Source of the DNA: Brevinematia bacterium | GTDB taxonomy: Bacteria > Spirochaetota > Brevinematia > Brevinematales > JAOACQ01 | Reading direction: 5' to 3' | DNA length: 64,000 nucleotides | NCBI GenBank assembly: GCA_049968515.1 | Contig: JBMFQR010000009.1 | Location: 1,528 to 65,527, forward strand | Shown here: positions 1 through 10,231 of the stretch, one piece after another | How the letters are laid out: each line of letters starts with the position of its first letter | Position numbering within the stretch: the stretch's first letter is position 1 | The notes under the pieces: generated by a model | What the model was told of the DNA's origin: nothing | What the model saw: only the letters and a program-made list of their open reading frames with translations | Database searches by the model: none | Translations under genes and position numbers: made by a program

Positions 1-417
1 GAATTTTCGGACATTGACATAGATCCAGCAGAAGAAGGAATTTTAACATCCCCTTTTTATTTTGAACTTGAGGAATTCTCGGTAGAATATGATACCATCC
101 CGGGCATTCTGATACAGAATCATACTAAAAGGATAAAGGGCTTCCTGGGTCAGACAACCGGGTTCAGGCTTGAAAAACTGAAAGAAAACATTATTATCTT
201 GAATCGTATACCTGAGAAAAACTGGGTAACTTACATATGTGGAGAAAAAGGAAAAGGCTTTTTCAGTTTTTTAGGAGGCCACGACCCCGAAGACTACAGT
301 CACAAAGTTGGAGACCCCCCAACAAACCTTGAGCTTTATCCTAATTCGCCGGGCTATAGACTCATATTAAACAATGTTTTCCTACCAGCAAGCAAAGAGA
401 AAAAGAAAAAGACATAA
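1..417 (+). CDS. hypothetical protein, C-terminal fragment (5' end outside the window)
   Basis: Frame 1 is open from base 1 (EFSDIDIDPAEEGILTSPFYFELEEF...) into the 199..417 track ORF and ends at the TAA at 415-417. No motif recognised. Confidence 0.35.
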   Translation, partial: EFSDIDIDPAEEGILTSPFYFELEEFSVEYDTIPGILIQNHTKRIKGFLGQTTGFRLEKLKENIIILNRIPEKNWVTYICGEKGKGFFSFLGGHDPEDYSHKVGDPPTNLELYPNSPGYRLILNNVFLPASKEKKKKT

Positions 418-440
418 TGAGAATGCTAAATTTTTCGACT

Positions 441-1301
441 TTATTTCAAGACCTTTCTTATTGCCCCTCCATCAGATGGGTCAATAAATCTATCTATTAA
501 TTTCCACCTCTCTATATGAATTAGAGGTACTTCTGGTATAAGAGTTGTTATAGGACTTAAAGTCTCAAGCTCACAGAAATTCTTGGAGGTATAAATCTCA
601 ATTGCACAATTGTCATCCGGATAAATCGCCCCCTGAATAAAATTAAACTTCTTTATAAATGTGTAATTCCTGTTGGATACTCCCAAAAAACCCTCATAGC
701 CTGTCGTACCAACCTTCGACATTTCACCATTCACCTTTATCAGAAAAAGATCTTTGCCCCTGATAAATTGTGTGCTATCAATATTTGTAGATTGCCCCGG
801 CCATTTTTCCCAGTAGATTATCTTTTTCATCTTCCATTCACCCGGAGTTGTCCAGGGAAAAAATATAGTTCCTTCTGGAATAATGCAGGTCAATGCCCAG
901 ATACCCCCCTGATAAAGCATTTCTCCTCTATTTATCAATATATGCTTAACAATGAAATCATCTCCATCAACTGAAATAATGATTGATTTTTCAAGCCCGG
1001 TTTTTTTATCAAGTTTAAAAACCTTTACAAAATCCTTTGAACTTTCGACCATACACTTATCATTATCCGGGACATAGGCATCCTCAGTTTCCGGACTTAC
1101 CCAGAACCTATGTCCTCCAATTATCTTCCATTTTTCGCGTTTGATTTTCTCCCTTTCATCTATGAACAAGATATTTTCATTCTCAAATCCAAAAAAAAGA
1201 ATTCTCGGTCCTACATCAGTTGTAATAATCATTCTCCTATTATTATGAGAGATTTCAAAACAATGATTGTACTTAAAAAACTTCACTTCTCTTATATCCA
1301 T
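441..1301 (-). CDS. hypothetical protein, possibly DUF4380 / galactose-mutarotase-like fold
   Basis: 286-aa ORF. GGHRFWVSPE...YVPDN and ELETLSP...IERWKL resemble, from memory, the DUF4380 pattern. Not verifiable here. Confidence 0.35.
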   Translation of the reverse strand: MDIREVKFFKYNHCFEISHNNRRMIITTDVGPRILFFGFENENILFIDEREKIKREKWKIIGGHRFWVSPETEDAYVPDNDKCMVESSKDFVKVFKLDKKTGLEKSIIISVDGDDFIVKHILINRGEMLYQGGIWALTCIIPEGTIFFPWTTPGEWKMKKIIYWEKWPGQSTNIDSTQFIRGKDLFLIKVNGEMSKVGTTGYEGFLGVSNRNYTFIKKFNFIQGAIYPDDNCAIEIYTSKNFCELETLSPITTLIPEVPLIHIERWKLIDRFIDPSDGGAIRKVLK

Positions 1302-1318
1302 TTAATCCTCCTCAATTT

Positions 1319-3754
1319 TTATCCACATTTTGAAAAACCACAATACAGACAGGAATAACAATCCTCTGTCTTTATAAAGGCTTTCTCACCACAATTTGGA
1401 CATATTAATGCCCCCTCAATCTCTGTTTTGTTTAATTCATCCATAGATTTCTTTTCATAGCCTTCTCTGAAGAGCGAAGGAGACTTTAGCTTGTCTTCAA
1501 GCTTTCTGGCATAATCCCGTAAGATTTTTCCCACAGCATCCGGAACGCTCTTTATCAACCTTCCATTATCCCAGGTGGTTGAATCTCCCGTTATACCAAC
1601 AAGTGTATCTGCAATCCTCGAAACTGAAACACCACTCTGCAGTGCAATTGAAATCACTCTCCCTAAAGCCTCAGAAAAAGCCGATATCTCAGAGCCGTGT
1701 TTTGATATATTTATAAAAATCTCAATGGGTAATCCATTCTCATCAAATCCAATAGAGGTGTATAATGTGCCGCTGCCTGTTTTTGTCTTTATTATCTCTC
1801 CACCGAGAGCCTTTGGTCTTTCCCATTTTACACATTCTCTGCTCACTTTAATTCCTTTTCCAGTTTTTTTAATTGAAGTCATCGGCTGAAATGATTTACA
1901 ACCATCACGGTAAATTGTTACCCCCTTTAAACCTCTTTCCCATGCATAAAAGTAAATTTCTTTTATCTCGTCGACTGTAGTAGAATTTGGAAGATTGATT
2001 GTAGAAGATATACTATTTGAAATATACTTTTGAATGGCCGACTGCATTTTTATCCTGTCTTTATAATCAAGGTCATGTGCCACAACAAAAACCCTTCTTA
2101 ATTCTTCGGGTAATTCCTTTATACTCTGACAGCTCCCGCCATTTTCAATAACTTTTTTAATTATTTCATCTTCGTTTTTAACAGCCTTTCTGAATTCTGG
2201 GTCAACAAAGATAAGACTCCCACCATCAATCAAGTTTTTGTTATAGGCAAGTGAAAATTGTGGCTCAAGTGAGTATGTATAAGCATCAAGAATCAAACTG
2301 ATAGTACCTGTAGGTGCAAGTGTAGTCCAGTTTGAATTTCTTATTCCATATTTTTCTATAAGATTTTCGACTTCTTTCTTCTCATCTTCATTATCAAAAT
2401 AAAGCTTAACCACATTAATAAGGGCTTCTTTGTTTTCCTCAAACAATGGAAAACTCCTCTTCTCTTTTGCAATCTCAATCGATTCATAAATTGCTGTCTG
2501 TGTCATTGCCTTTGAAACTTCACTGGCAAACTCCATTCCTTCGGATGAATTATAGGCAATTCTCAACTTAAAAAGTGTTTCGGCAAGGCCAGTAAAACCA
2601 AGGCCAATAGGCCTAATCTTCTTTGTATTTATCTCAAATTCTTCTGTCGGAAATGCTGAAACATCTATAACATTATCAAGCCCTCTTACAGCCAATCTCA
2701 CAACCTCTTTAAATCCCTCAATGTCAAAATCTCCATTCTTTTTCACAAATTTCACTAAATTTATAGAACCCAAATTACAACTCGTGTAGTTATGAAGGCT
2801 TTGCTCTCCACAGGGATTTGTTGAAGAAATACGTCCCAGAGATGGTACGGTATCAAACTCATTTGCTCTGTCAATAAACCAGACACCGGGGTCGGCAGTC
2901 CTCCATGCAGAGGTTGCAATCCTATCAAAAAGCTCTCTGGCCTTTAATTTTTTAATTTCTTTGCCGTTCCATCTCAAAGCAAAATCTAAATCATTCTTCA
3001 CTGCGTTCATAAACTCATCTGTTATAGCCACACTGATATTCATATTTGAAAGTGGCTCAAAAACCTTCCTGCGTAAATCTGAAAGAATAAGATTTTTGAT
3101 ATTCTCATCTGAAACAAACTCATTTACAAGATAATTAAGCTCGCCCATCATCCTATCGATAAAATCATCCGGCAAATCTAAAGAATTCTCCCTTTTTATG
3201 TTTTCAATAAAATCCTTTGATGTAATAAACTCTTCTATGTCTGGATGATAGACATTCATCATTGCCATAAAAGCAGCACGCCTCACACCACCACTCTTTA
3301 CAGTCTCACCTACCTCATCAAACAGATGCATAAAACTTACAGGTCCGCTTGATGTACCACCCCTTCCCACAGGAAACCCTTTTGGCCTTAAGACCCCAAA
3401 ATTTAACCCCATTCCAGCACCAGCCTTAAAAGTAATAGCTGTATCCATTGCAGCCTTCATTATCGCCTTCATATCATCTTCAAGTCCACCTACAAAGCAA
3501 CTTGAAGAAAGAGGAAAATCGCTTCCAGCATTAAATAATGTGGGGGAAGAAAACATAAACTTCTGTTCTACCATCAGGTTGAAAAAAAGATTTTTGTATT
3601 TCTGTTTGAGCTCTTCTGTCCTTTCTGCTGACGAGACAAAATTTGCCACTCTTTCAAATAACTCTTCCGGCGTCTTTTCTAAAAGATGGCCTTCTCTATC
3701 TTTTTTATAATAGAATTTTTCAAGTATGAAAAGCGCATTTTCTGAAAAAGGCAT
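1319..3754 (-). CDS. nrdJ: adenosylcobalamin-dependent (class II) ribonucleotide reductase
   Basis: 811 aa. Active-site blocks STNPCGEQSL and TSCNLGSINL, plus SSSCFVGG. C-terminal Cys-rich tail CPNCGEKAF...CYSCLYCGFSKCG typical of class II RNR zinc-finger tails. Confidence 0.9.
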   Translation of the reverse strand: MPFSENALFILEKFYYKKDREGHLLEKTPEELFERVANFVSSAERTEELKQKYKNLFFNLMVEQKFMFSSPTLFNAGSDFPLSSSCFVGGLEDDMKAIMKAAMDTAITFKAGAGMGLNFGVLRPKGFPVGRGGTSSGPVSFMHLFDEVGETVKSGGVRRAAFMAMMNVYHPDIEEFITSKDFIENIKRENSLDLPDDFIDRMMGELNYLVNEFVSDENIKNLILSDLRRKVFEPLSNMNISVAITDEFMNAVKNDLDFALRWNGKEIKKLKARELFDRIATSAWRTADPGVWFIDRANEFDTVPSLGRISSTNPCGEQSLHNYTSCNLGSINLVKFVKKNGDFDIEGFKEVVRLAVRGLDNVIDVSAFPTEEFEINTKKIRPIGLGFTGLAETLFKLRIAYNSSEGMEFASEVSKAMTQTAIYESIEIAKEKRSFPLFEENKEALINVVKLYFDNEDEKKEVENLIEKYGIRNSNWTTLAPTGTISLILDAYTYSLEPQFSLAYNKNLIDGGSLIFVDPEFRKAVKNEDEIIKKVIENGGSCQSIKELPEELRRVFVVAHDLDYKDRIKMQSAIQKYISNSISSTINLPNSTTVDEIKEIYFYAWERGLKGVTIYRDGCKSFQPMTSIKKTGKGIKVSRECVKWERPKALGGEIIKTKTGSGTLYTSIGFDENGLPIEIFINISKHGSEISAFSEALGRVISIALQSGVSVSRIADTLVGITGDSTTWDNGRLIKSVPDAVGKILRDYARKLEDKLKSPSLFREGYEKKSMDELNKTEIEGALICPNCGEKAFIKTEDCYSCLYCGFSKCG

Positions 3755-3873
3755 ATGTACCTCACAAATTCCTTATAAGATATTTTAAATCATTTTAAAA
3801 GATATGTCACCATTTTTTATTAATTCCCCCTCACTTTTTTGTGCTTATAAACAATAAACACCAGAATACAGAT

Positions 3874-3902
3874 TTGTCATTTTAAAGATTTTAGTGTATA
3901 AT
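3874..3902 (+). promoter_or_regulatory. sigma70-like promoter upstream of ychF
   Basis: TTGTCA (3874-3879), 17-nt spacer, TATAAT (3897-3902), 32 nt before the ATG at 3935. Confidence 0.4.
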
Positions 3903-3934
3903 AATTTAATAGAATCTAAAGATGAGGAAATAAA

Positions 3935-5029
3935 ATGGGTTTTAGTTGTGGTATCGTCGGTTTACCAAATGTTGGCAAATCTACTTTATTTAACGCGCTG
4001 ACAAAATTAAGTGTTCCAGCCTCAAACTTCCCATTCTGTACTGTTGACCCGAATGTAGGAATTGTTAATGTCCCGGATAAAAGGCTCGAAATTATCGCAA
4101 AACTTTCCGGTTCTGCAAAGATCACCCCTACCACAGTGGAATTTGTGGATATAGCAGGTCTTGTGAAGGGGGCAAGCAAGGGCGAGGGGCTCGGAAATCA
4201 GTTTCTGGCAAACATTCGTAATGTTGATGCTGTGGTACAGGTTGTTCGCCTTTTTGAAAATGAAAATATCATTCATATTGGAGAAGTAGATCCAGTAAGA
4301 GATATTGATATAATAAACTACGAGCTTATCTTTAAGGACCTTGAGACATTAGAAAACATTATATCAAAGAAAGAAAAGACAAGAGTGAAAGCAAAAGAGT
4401 CGGAAGCAGAACTTGATCTACTCAACAGAGTAAAAAATGAGATAACCGCCGGCAACCTGATGAAAAATATAAAACTCACAGAAGAAGAAAGAACCTATCT
4501 AAAACAATATCAGTTCTTAACATTAAAGAAAACCTTAATTGTAGCAAATGTAGCAGAAGACGACTTAAAAACCTATCAATCAAATCCAAAATATCTTGCA
4601 CTGGAGAAAAAGGCAAAGGAAATCAATTGTGACGTCCTCGTTCTTTCAGTAAGAATTGAGCAGGAACTTTCAGAACTTGAAGAAGAGGAAGCTAAAGAAT
4701 ACTTAAATGAACTTGGTCTCGACCAGAGTGGCCTCGAAAAGCTAATTTTAGAAGGCTATAAAATCCTTGGGTTAATCACATTTTTTACAACAGGTGAGAA
4801 AGAAACCCGAGCCTGGACAATAAAAAGGGGGAGTAAGGCTATAGATGCTGCTGGTGAAATTCATTCGGATATGGCAAAGGGCTTTATCAGGGCAGAGGTT
4901 GTCAGCTACGAGGATTTTGTCAGGGAAGGAAGCTGGAATACCTTGAAGGAAAAAGGTCTTATAAGGCTTGAGGGCAAAGATTATGAAGTTAAAGATGGCG
5001 ACATAATGATAATAAGATTCAGTGTATGA
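3935..5029 (+). CDS. ychF: ribosome-binding ATPase YchF (Obg-like)
   Basis: G1 motif GIVGLPNVGKSTLFNALT, DIAGLVKGAS, and C-terminal FFTTGEKETRAWTI...AAGEIHSDMAKGFIRAEV block. Confidence 0.95.
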   Translation: MGFSCGIVGLPNVGKSTLFNALTKLSVPASNFPFCTVDPNVGIVNVPDKRLEIIAKLSGSAKITPTTVEFVDIAGLVKGASKGEGLGNQFLANIRNVDAVVQVVRLFENENIIHIGEVDPVRDIDIINYELIFKDLETLENIISKKEKTRVKAKESEAELDLLNRVKNEITAGNLMKNIKLTEEERTYLKQYQFLTLKKTLIVANVAEDDLKTYQSNPKYLALEKKAKEINCDVLVLSVRIEQELSELEEEEAKEYLNELGLDQSGLEKLILEGYKILGLITFFTTGEKETRAWTIKRGSKAIDAAGEIHSDMAKGFIRAEVVSYEDFVREGSWNTLKEKGLIRLEGKDYEVKDGDIMIIRFSV

Positions 5030-5104
5030 ATAAAACACTTTCTTGCAAACTCATACAAAATTTCTAAAACTTGAATTATTTAAAAAAACTTTTTATCATT
5101 TCTT

Positions 5105-6049
5105 ATGGTATTTATCATAAGTATTCTAATCTTTTTGTCTGGCTTTCTATTTGGCAGTGTTAATATAAATGAAGTCATCTTCTTTGATAATATTGATGAA
5201 AGCTACAGATATACGACCAACTCAACTGAGATTATTTCAAATCTATTTGAAAACGCCACAATAAGCAACATTGCAGATAATATCAGCCTTAACACCATAG
5301 TGTACAGAATTGAAGATACCATCTACATCAAAATGAAGGCCTTCACAAACAATAATCTTATTGCCGAAGATGAGGTTTATACAAAGTATCCATTAAAAAA
5401 AGAGGGATGGCTTACTGCTATATCAAATATTTCTGAAAGGATGGTTATTATCTTAAATGGTGAAAATATAGAGCCCTATGTGTCAAAAGAAGACAGGGAA
5501 TTGAGAACAAAGATAAACAGCCTGTCTGATAATGAATTAACAGACCTGATTGAAAAAGAACTTAGTAAAGTAGAATCACTCCAGTTAATATCTTTGATGA
5601 ATATTGGTTACACCTATCCCTTGAATCTTGAGATAAGCTTCCTTGAGGTTTTTAAGACATGGAGCATTAAGAAACTATTTCATCTCGGAATTGGAACAAC
5701 CCTATTTAAGATATACCCACAACTCCCCTATGAGACCAATACAGCCACAACCATTTTTCCTGTAGAAATTTATCTCCCTGTTTTTATTTCAAAAGACTTA
5801 AAATATAATGACTTAATTATAAATTTTGAATGGGCGTGGTATAGAAATTTCTCAACACAAACAAACACCAATCAAAATGCACCTTCCGTAACAAGACCTA
5901 TATCAGAGGCAAACTATATCGATCTGAACATAAGATACTTTCTTCCCTACTCCATTATCAAAACAGGACTTCATTACAATTACATAAGGGATGAAATACT
6001 CTTTTACATAGGACTCGAGATTTTTATAGGAAAATATTCAAAAGATTGA
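5105..6049 (+). CDS. hypothetical membrane-anchored or secreted protein
   Basis: 314 aa with N-terminal hydrophobic segment MVFIISILIFLSGFLFG. The C-terminal half is rich in alternating aromatic/polar residues. No family recognised. Confidence 0.4.
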   Translation: MVFIISILIFLSGFLFGSVNINEVIFFDNIDESYRYTTNSTEIISNLFENATISNIADNISLNTIVYRIEDTIYIKMKAFTNNNLIAEDEVYTKYPLKKEGWLTAISNISERMVIILNGENIEPYVSKEDRELRTKINSLSDNELTDLIEKELSKVESLQLISLMNIGYTYPLNLEISFLEVFKTWSIKKLFHLGIGTTLFKIYPQLPYETNTATTIFPVEIYLPVFISKDLKYNDLIINFEWAWYRNFSTQTNTNQNAPSVTRPISEANYIDLNIRYFLPYSIIKTGLHYNYIRDEILFYIGLEIFIGKYSKD

Positions 6050-6050
6050 A

Positions 6051-6821
6051 CTACTTTTTCACATATAATTTTCTTATTTTTGCATACTCATCTTTTTTGG
6101 ACGGATCATATATTGAAAACCTGTCTTTTCCAAGATACTTGGCTTCATAAAGTGCATTATCCGCTTCGTGCTGTAACCTTTGATAATCCTCCTCAATCTT
6201 CTTATCATCAAGAAATTTCTGCTCCACAAATCGATAGCTAATTGAGGAAATGCCTGCACTTAAAGTCACTTTCAGATTCTCTCCTTTATATTCAATACAG
6301 ATACCCCGTACCTTATCCATAATTTTTGAAACATAAGTTTTAGCTCCTTCAACTTCAGTGGCTGGTAGTATAACATCAAACTCCTCTCCACCAAATCTTA
6401 TTACATAATCTGTAGGCCTCGAGTTGGCTTTAAGAATATTTGCAATCTCAACAAGAACCCTATCACCCACCTCATGACCATAACGATTATTAAAAACAGA
6501 AAAGTCATCTATATCAAACCTCACAAAAGAAACATGATAATACATCTGCCTGAAGCCATCATAAAATATCCTTGAAGCAGTCTTAACAATGTTAGTAAGA
6601 TAATCCCTTTTAAATTTAAGTAAATTTGTCTTTTCATCTATATTTACCTTTTCCTCAAGCAAACTGTACTTATCAAGTAAAGAAAAATATTCCAGCTCAC
6701 CAAGCCTTATAGTCTCAACTATATCATCATCAATAACACCAGCCTTATATAGCTGGGTCAAAAGCTGGATATTCCTTAGCTGAAAGTCTTTTAATTCAAT
6801 ACTTTTTCCCTCTTCATTCAT
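6051..6821 (-). CDS. GGDEF-domain diguanylate cyclase (stand-alone)
   Basis: Active site RFGGEEFDVILP preceded by RPTD five residues upstream (I-site RxxD). About 90 aa of N-terminal coiled-coil-like sequence and no recognisable sensor domain. Confidence 0.85.
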   Translation of the reverse strand: MNEEGKSIELKDFQLRNIQLLTQLYKAGVIDDDIVETIRLGELEYFSLLDKYSLLEEKVNIDEKTNLLKFKRDYLTNIVKTASRIFYDGFRQMYYHVSFVRFDIDDFSVFNNRYGHEVGDRVLVEIANILKANSRPTDYVIRFGGEEFDVILPATEVEGAKTYVSKIMDKVRGICIEYKGENLKVTLSAGISSISYRFVEQKFLDDKKIEEDYQRLQHEADNALYEAKYLGKDRFSIYDPSKKDEYAKIRKLYVKK

Positions 6822-6843
6822 AAAAAAGCTCCTGAAAAATAAT

Positions 6844-7446
6844 TCATCTTACCATTAAAGCAAGCACTCTTTTTATAATTTCTTCTACACCCATATTGTT
6901 TATATTATCTTTGTCGGAAAATACATTTTCTATTGTCTTTTTAGCCTCAAAGTCAGAATAACCCAATACTCTCAATGCCATCAAAACCTCCATTTTCTTC
7001 TTTTCAACCTCACTCAACTGTCCGGCATCTTCTAAAGGTTCCACTTTTTTTATCTTATCTCCAAGCTCAAGAATTATTCTTGAAGCAAGCTTACTTCCTA
7101 TTCCTTTAACACCTGCAAAAGCCTTTTCATTTTGAGAAATAATAGCCTTTCTTATATCATTTACAGAAAGCTCAGATAAAATTCTTAAAGATTGCTTCAA
7201 ACCAACCCCATTAACAGAAATCAGTAGCTCAAAGATTTTCTTTTCCTCCGGGGTTAAGAATCCAACAAGAGAAACCTCATTTTCCTTTATAATAAATTTC
7301 AAAAATAAATTTACCTCTTCACCAGATTCTGGAAGTGCCTCAAAAGTTTTCAAAGAGAGAAGGATTTCATAGCCAATACCATTACACTCAACTATTACCC
7401 TGCCCTCTTCTTTTCCAGCAATTCTACCCTTTATGAAGCTAAACAT
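6844..7446 (-). CDS. ruvA: Holliday junction branch-migration complex subunit RuvA
   Basis: MFSFIKGRI...VECNGIGYEI N-terminus, HhH region LISVNGVGLK and GIGSKLASRIILEL, 200 aa. Confidence 0.9.
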   Translation of the reverse strand: MFSFIKGRIAGKEEGRVIVECNGIGYEILLSLKTFEALPESGEEVNLFLKFIIKENEVSLVGFLTPEEKKIFELLISVNGVGLKQSLRILSELSVNDIRKAIISQNEKAFAGVKGIGSKLASRIILELGDKIKKVEPLEDAGQLSEVEKKKMEVLMALRVLGYSDFEAKKTIENVFSDKDNINNMGVEEIIKRVLALMVR

Positions 7447-7639
7447 AGCTTTATTCTAAAGCAAAAATATGCTTATGTCAATTCAGATTTTATTTACTCT
7501 CTACGTTGAGTAGCTATTTTTTACTCAATATATTTCGTAGTTACAAGTCAATCAACAGTTTGTTTTGCTCAATATTTTTACAACTTTCCAGACAATCCTG
7601 CTACATTAGATAAAATCTAAAAATTTTTTTGAAAATATA

Positions 7640-7668
7640 TTGACAGGAAAAATAAATTGTATTAAAAT
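7640..7668 (+). promoter_or_regulatory. sigma70-like promoter upstream of the esterase gene
   Basis: TTGACA (7640-7645), 17-nt spacer, TAAAAT (7663-7668), 53 nt before the ATG at 7722. Confidence 0.45.
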
Positions 7669-7721
7669 ATAACATACGTTATATAACTATTGTTATATAA
7701 AATTTCAAAGGAGGAAAGCTT

Positions 7722-8837
7722 ATGAAAGTAAAAAAATTATTAGTACTAATTCTGGGCATAATGATGTTTTGCCAGCTATGGGCTGGCGAAAAAACAAAGG
7801 GCAGTTTTGAAGTTGTAGATGTTGAGGCTACTTCCCTATCTAATAACATCTTTGGTGAATCCACAAAAAGGCAGGTAATTGTCTATTTGCCACCCGACTA
7901 CCAGAATGAAAACAAAAGATATCCTGTACTGTACTATATGCCGGGCTATACAATAACTGCCTACAATGTTGTGGGTAGTATAGCACTGGGATTTCCAATC
8001 ACTGACATAATGGATGAGCAATTGAAAAAAGGCAACATAGGAAAGATGATAGTTGTAGCAGTAGATGGGGTAAATATCTTTTCAGGTAGCTTTTTTGTCA
8101 ATTCCCCCCTCACCGGTAACTGGGAAGATTATATTGTAAAAGATCTAGTTAACTATATTGACTCAAACTACAGAACCATTGCAAAAGCCAGTTCAAGAGC
8201 AATATGTGGCCACTCAATGGGTGGATTCGGAGCTTTATACCTTGCATTGAGACATCCTGAAACCTTTAGTGTAGTTTATGCAATGTCCGCAGGTATCCTT
8301 GACAGAGAAGGTGTAAAAAATTCAACTGTTCTCGTTGACAAAAAGTATGAAAAAGACTGGTTCAATCTTATTGAAACGCTCGAAAAAATGTCAAAGGAAG
8401 AAGCTCTAAAATATATAAGAGATAACGCAAAAAGCTGGAGATTGACATATGATCCAAAACTTTTTAGTTTAGCCTATGGATGTGCTTTTGCATACGATTC
8501 AGTTGACAAACCACCTTTTATCAAATATCCAAAAAGAAAGGATGGAAGTTTTGATGAGGAAGTTGTACTAATCTGGAATAATGGTTTTGGAAACTGGGAG
8601 AAAAAAATTGAGGATTATAAAAATAAATCAATCAGATTAAAGGCAATCGCATGGGATTGTGGTAATCAGGATGAATACGAATGGATTCCACGAGGTGCAA
8701 AATATCTTGATGAACTTATGATGAAATATCACATACCTCACACTTATTTTAAATATGACGGGACACATATAAGCAAAAGAAAAGAAAGATTTGAACAATT
8801 TGCTCTCCCATTCATCTGGAAGAACCTGGAAAAATAA
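7722..8837 (+). CDS. secreted alpha/beta-hydrolase, putative esterase family (esterase D-like)
   Basis: Signal peptide MKVKKLLVLILGIMMFCQLWA, nucleophile elbow GHSMGGFGAL, VIVYLPPDY...YPVLYYMPG block. SD AGGAGG upstream. Confidence 0.7.
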   Translation: MKVKKLLVLILGIMMFCQLWAGEKTKGSFEVVDVEATSLSNNIFGESTKRQVIVYLPPDYQNENKRYPVLYYMPGYTITAYNVVGSIALGFPITDIMDEQLKKGNIGKMIVVAVDGVNIFSGSFFVNSPLTGNWEDYIVKDLVNYIDSNYRTIAKASSRAICGHSMGGFGALYLALRHPETFSVVYAMSAGILDREGVKNSTVLVDKKYEKDWFNLIETLEKMSKEEALKYIRDNAKSWRLTYDPKLFSLAYGCAFAYDSVDKPPFIKYPKRKDGSFDEEVVLIWNNGFGNWEKKIEDYKNKSIRLKAIAWDCGNQDEYEWIPRGAKYLDELMMKYHIPHTYFKYDGTHISKRKERFEQFALPFIWKNLEK

Positions 8838-8871
8838 AGACTTATCTCAACCCGTGGTCCCTAATTTTCGA

Positions 8872-8905
8872 TTAAGGGGCCTATCTATATGGATAAGCCC
8901 CTTAA
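8872..8905. terminator. hairpin between convergent genes
   Basis: Perfect 9-bp stem TTAAGGGGC (8872-8880) / GCCCCTTAA (8897-8905) with a 16-nt loop. Followed by T-rich sequence on the plus strand. Lies between the esterase stop (8837) and the lipoprotein stop (8915). Confidence 0.6.
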
Positions 8906-8914
8906 TTAAAATAT

Positions 8915-10018
8915 TTATTTCTTTTTCACAAAGCCAAACTGTGCAAAGAAAAAATCATTGGTATTGTAAATCCACCCCTCCCTTTCAAAAATAAATCCAC
9001 AGCTTAAATCTTCACTCAAAATGACACCACCACCTTCACCATTTGTATTCCACAAAGTATAAACATTAATCCCTTTATTTTGAACTGGAAATGAGTGAAC
9101 TTGCATTGTGGCAACATTTGTTCCATAAAACCAGACATCAATATAGCTACCATTATTTGACAATGTCACTATACCCTTTGTCAATTCAGAGGTCCAGTTA
9201 GTGCTATTTGGCTCTCTCCTCTGTGCATAGAACATTATGATATAATCCCCTGCAAGCTCTGAAGGAGTAACAGGGGTTGTCCTTAACTTAAGACCTACTT
9301 GGAATCCCTTACCAATACCCATATCGGCTGCCAATGTAGTATCACCTATAAACATAGGAATACTAAATTCTCCAGTTGGATTAACAGCATAAGCTAATTT
9401 TACTTCATTTGAAAAATAGATGGTTCCATGATCATCATTGCTTAAGCCACTATTTTCTCCTTTGTAATGAGACCAGTTGGTATTAGAAATCTCAACAGCT
9501 CCAGCATTAACCTCATACAAACCATTACCATAATCATTTGTAACTAAACGAAATGCCTCAAGTATTGCGTAAAAACCATTTAAATTTGTCAAATCATCCG
9601 CTGAATTAATCTTCTGGGGAACCAAAACTGCAAAGGCTGGAATATTCGTGTTGTTCTCACGAATATAAAAATTCACCACAAGCATCTTATCCGGAATCTC
9701 AATAAAAAACGCTTCTTCATCGACAACTGGAACTGTAAACTTACAGCTTCCATCAGATTCTTCAGAATAAGTTGAGCTCCAGAAATAACCTCGCGTGAGA
9801 TTGGAATACATTAGTTGTTTGCCTTCATGGTCAATTCCATACGATACAATATCACCTATCGAAGCCGAGCCAATATAGTTTTTCAAATTCAAAGAGGTGC
9901 CGGTAGAAGTAGAACTAGCTGAACTCGAGGCTGATGATGGCTCACTACCACATGAAAAGAAAAGTAACATGATAAGCAACACACCTAAAAGAACACCTAA
10001 ATACTTAAACTTAATCAT
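8915..10018 (-). CDS. hypothetical lipoprotein
   Basis: Signal plus lipobox LLFFSCGSE, then a Ser/Thr linker SASSSASSTSTGTS. No family recognised. Confidence 0.5.
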   Translation of the reverse strand: MIKFKYLGVLLGVLLIMLLFFSCGSEPSSASSSASSTSTGTSLNLKNYIGSASIGDIVSYGIDHEGKQLMYSNLTRGYFWSSTYSEESDGSCKFTVPVVDEEAFFIEIPDKMLVVNFYIRENNTNIPAFAVLVPQKINSADDLTNLNGFYAILEAFRLVTNDYGNGLYEVNAGAVEISNTNWSHYKGENSGLSNDDHGTIYFSNEVKLAYAVNPTGEFSIPMFIGDTTLAADMGIGKGFQVGLKLRTTPVTPSELAGDYIIMFYAQRREPNSTNWTSELTKGIVTLSNNGSYIDVWFYGTNVATMQVHSFPVQNKGINVYTLWNTNGEGGGVILSEDLSCGFIFEREGWIYNTNDFFFAQFGFVKKK

Positions 10019-10176
10019 AGCTTCCTCCTTTCAAGAAGATTATATATAACAATACACTAAAAGTAAAGTAAAAATGAAAATTTTTAGCAAATTTTTTTAA
10101 TAAAAAGATCAAAAGACATTTCAGATATCATTGATCCAATTAATTCTTATAATTCTTAAAACATCTCTCCATTTTT

Positions 10177-10205
10177 TTGATAAACTTTGAAAATACATGT
10201 ATAAT
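10177..10205 (+). promoter_or_regulatory. sigma70-like promoter of the liv-type operon
   Basis: TTGATA (10177-10182), 17-nt spacer, TATAAT (10200-10205), 26 nt before the ATG at 10232. Confidence 0.45.
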
Positions 10206-10231
10206 CTTAAACTAAAGGAGGAGGTCGGATT

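Noticed and set aside
3778-3805. Two AAGATAT motifs 21 nt apart in the nrdJ upstream region, considered as NrdR boxes.
   Set aside because: They are not the 16-bp palindromic NrdR consensus (acaCwAtATaTwGtgt). The spacing also differs from the usual roughly 31-32 bp tandem arrangement.
7447-7721. 275-bp ruvA/esterase intergenic region with a 7-bp hairpin (TTGAGTA...TACTCAA), inspected for a tRNA or sRNA.
   Set aside because: There are no tRNA-like T-arm or acceptor features. The region is very AT-rich and is adequately explained by divergent promoters.
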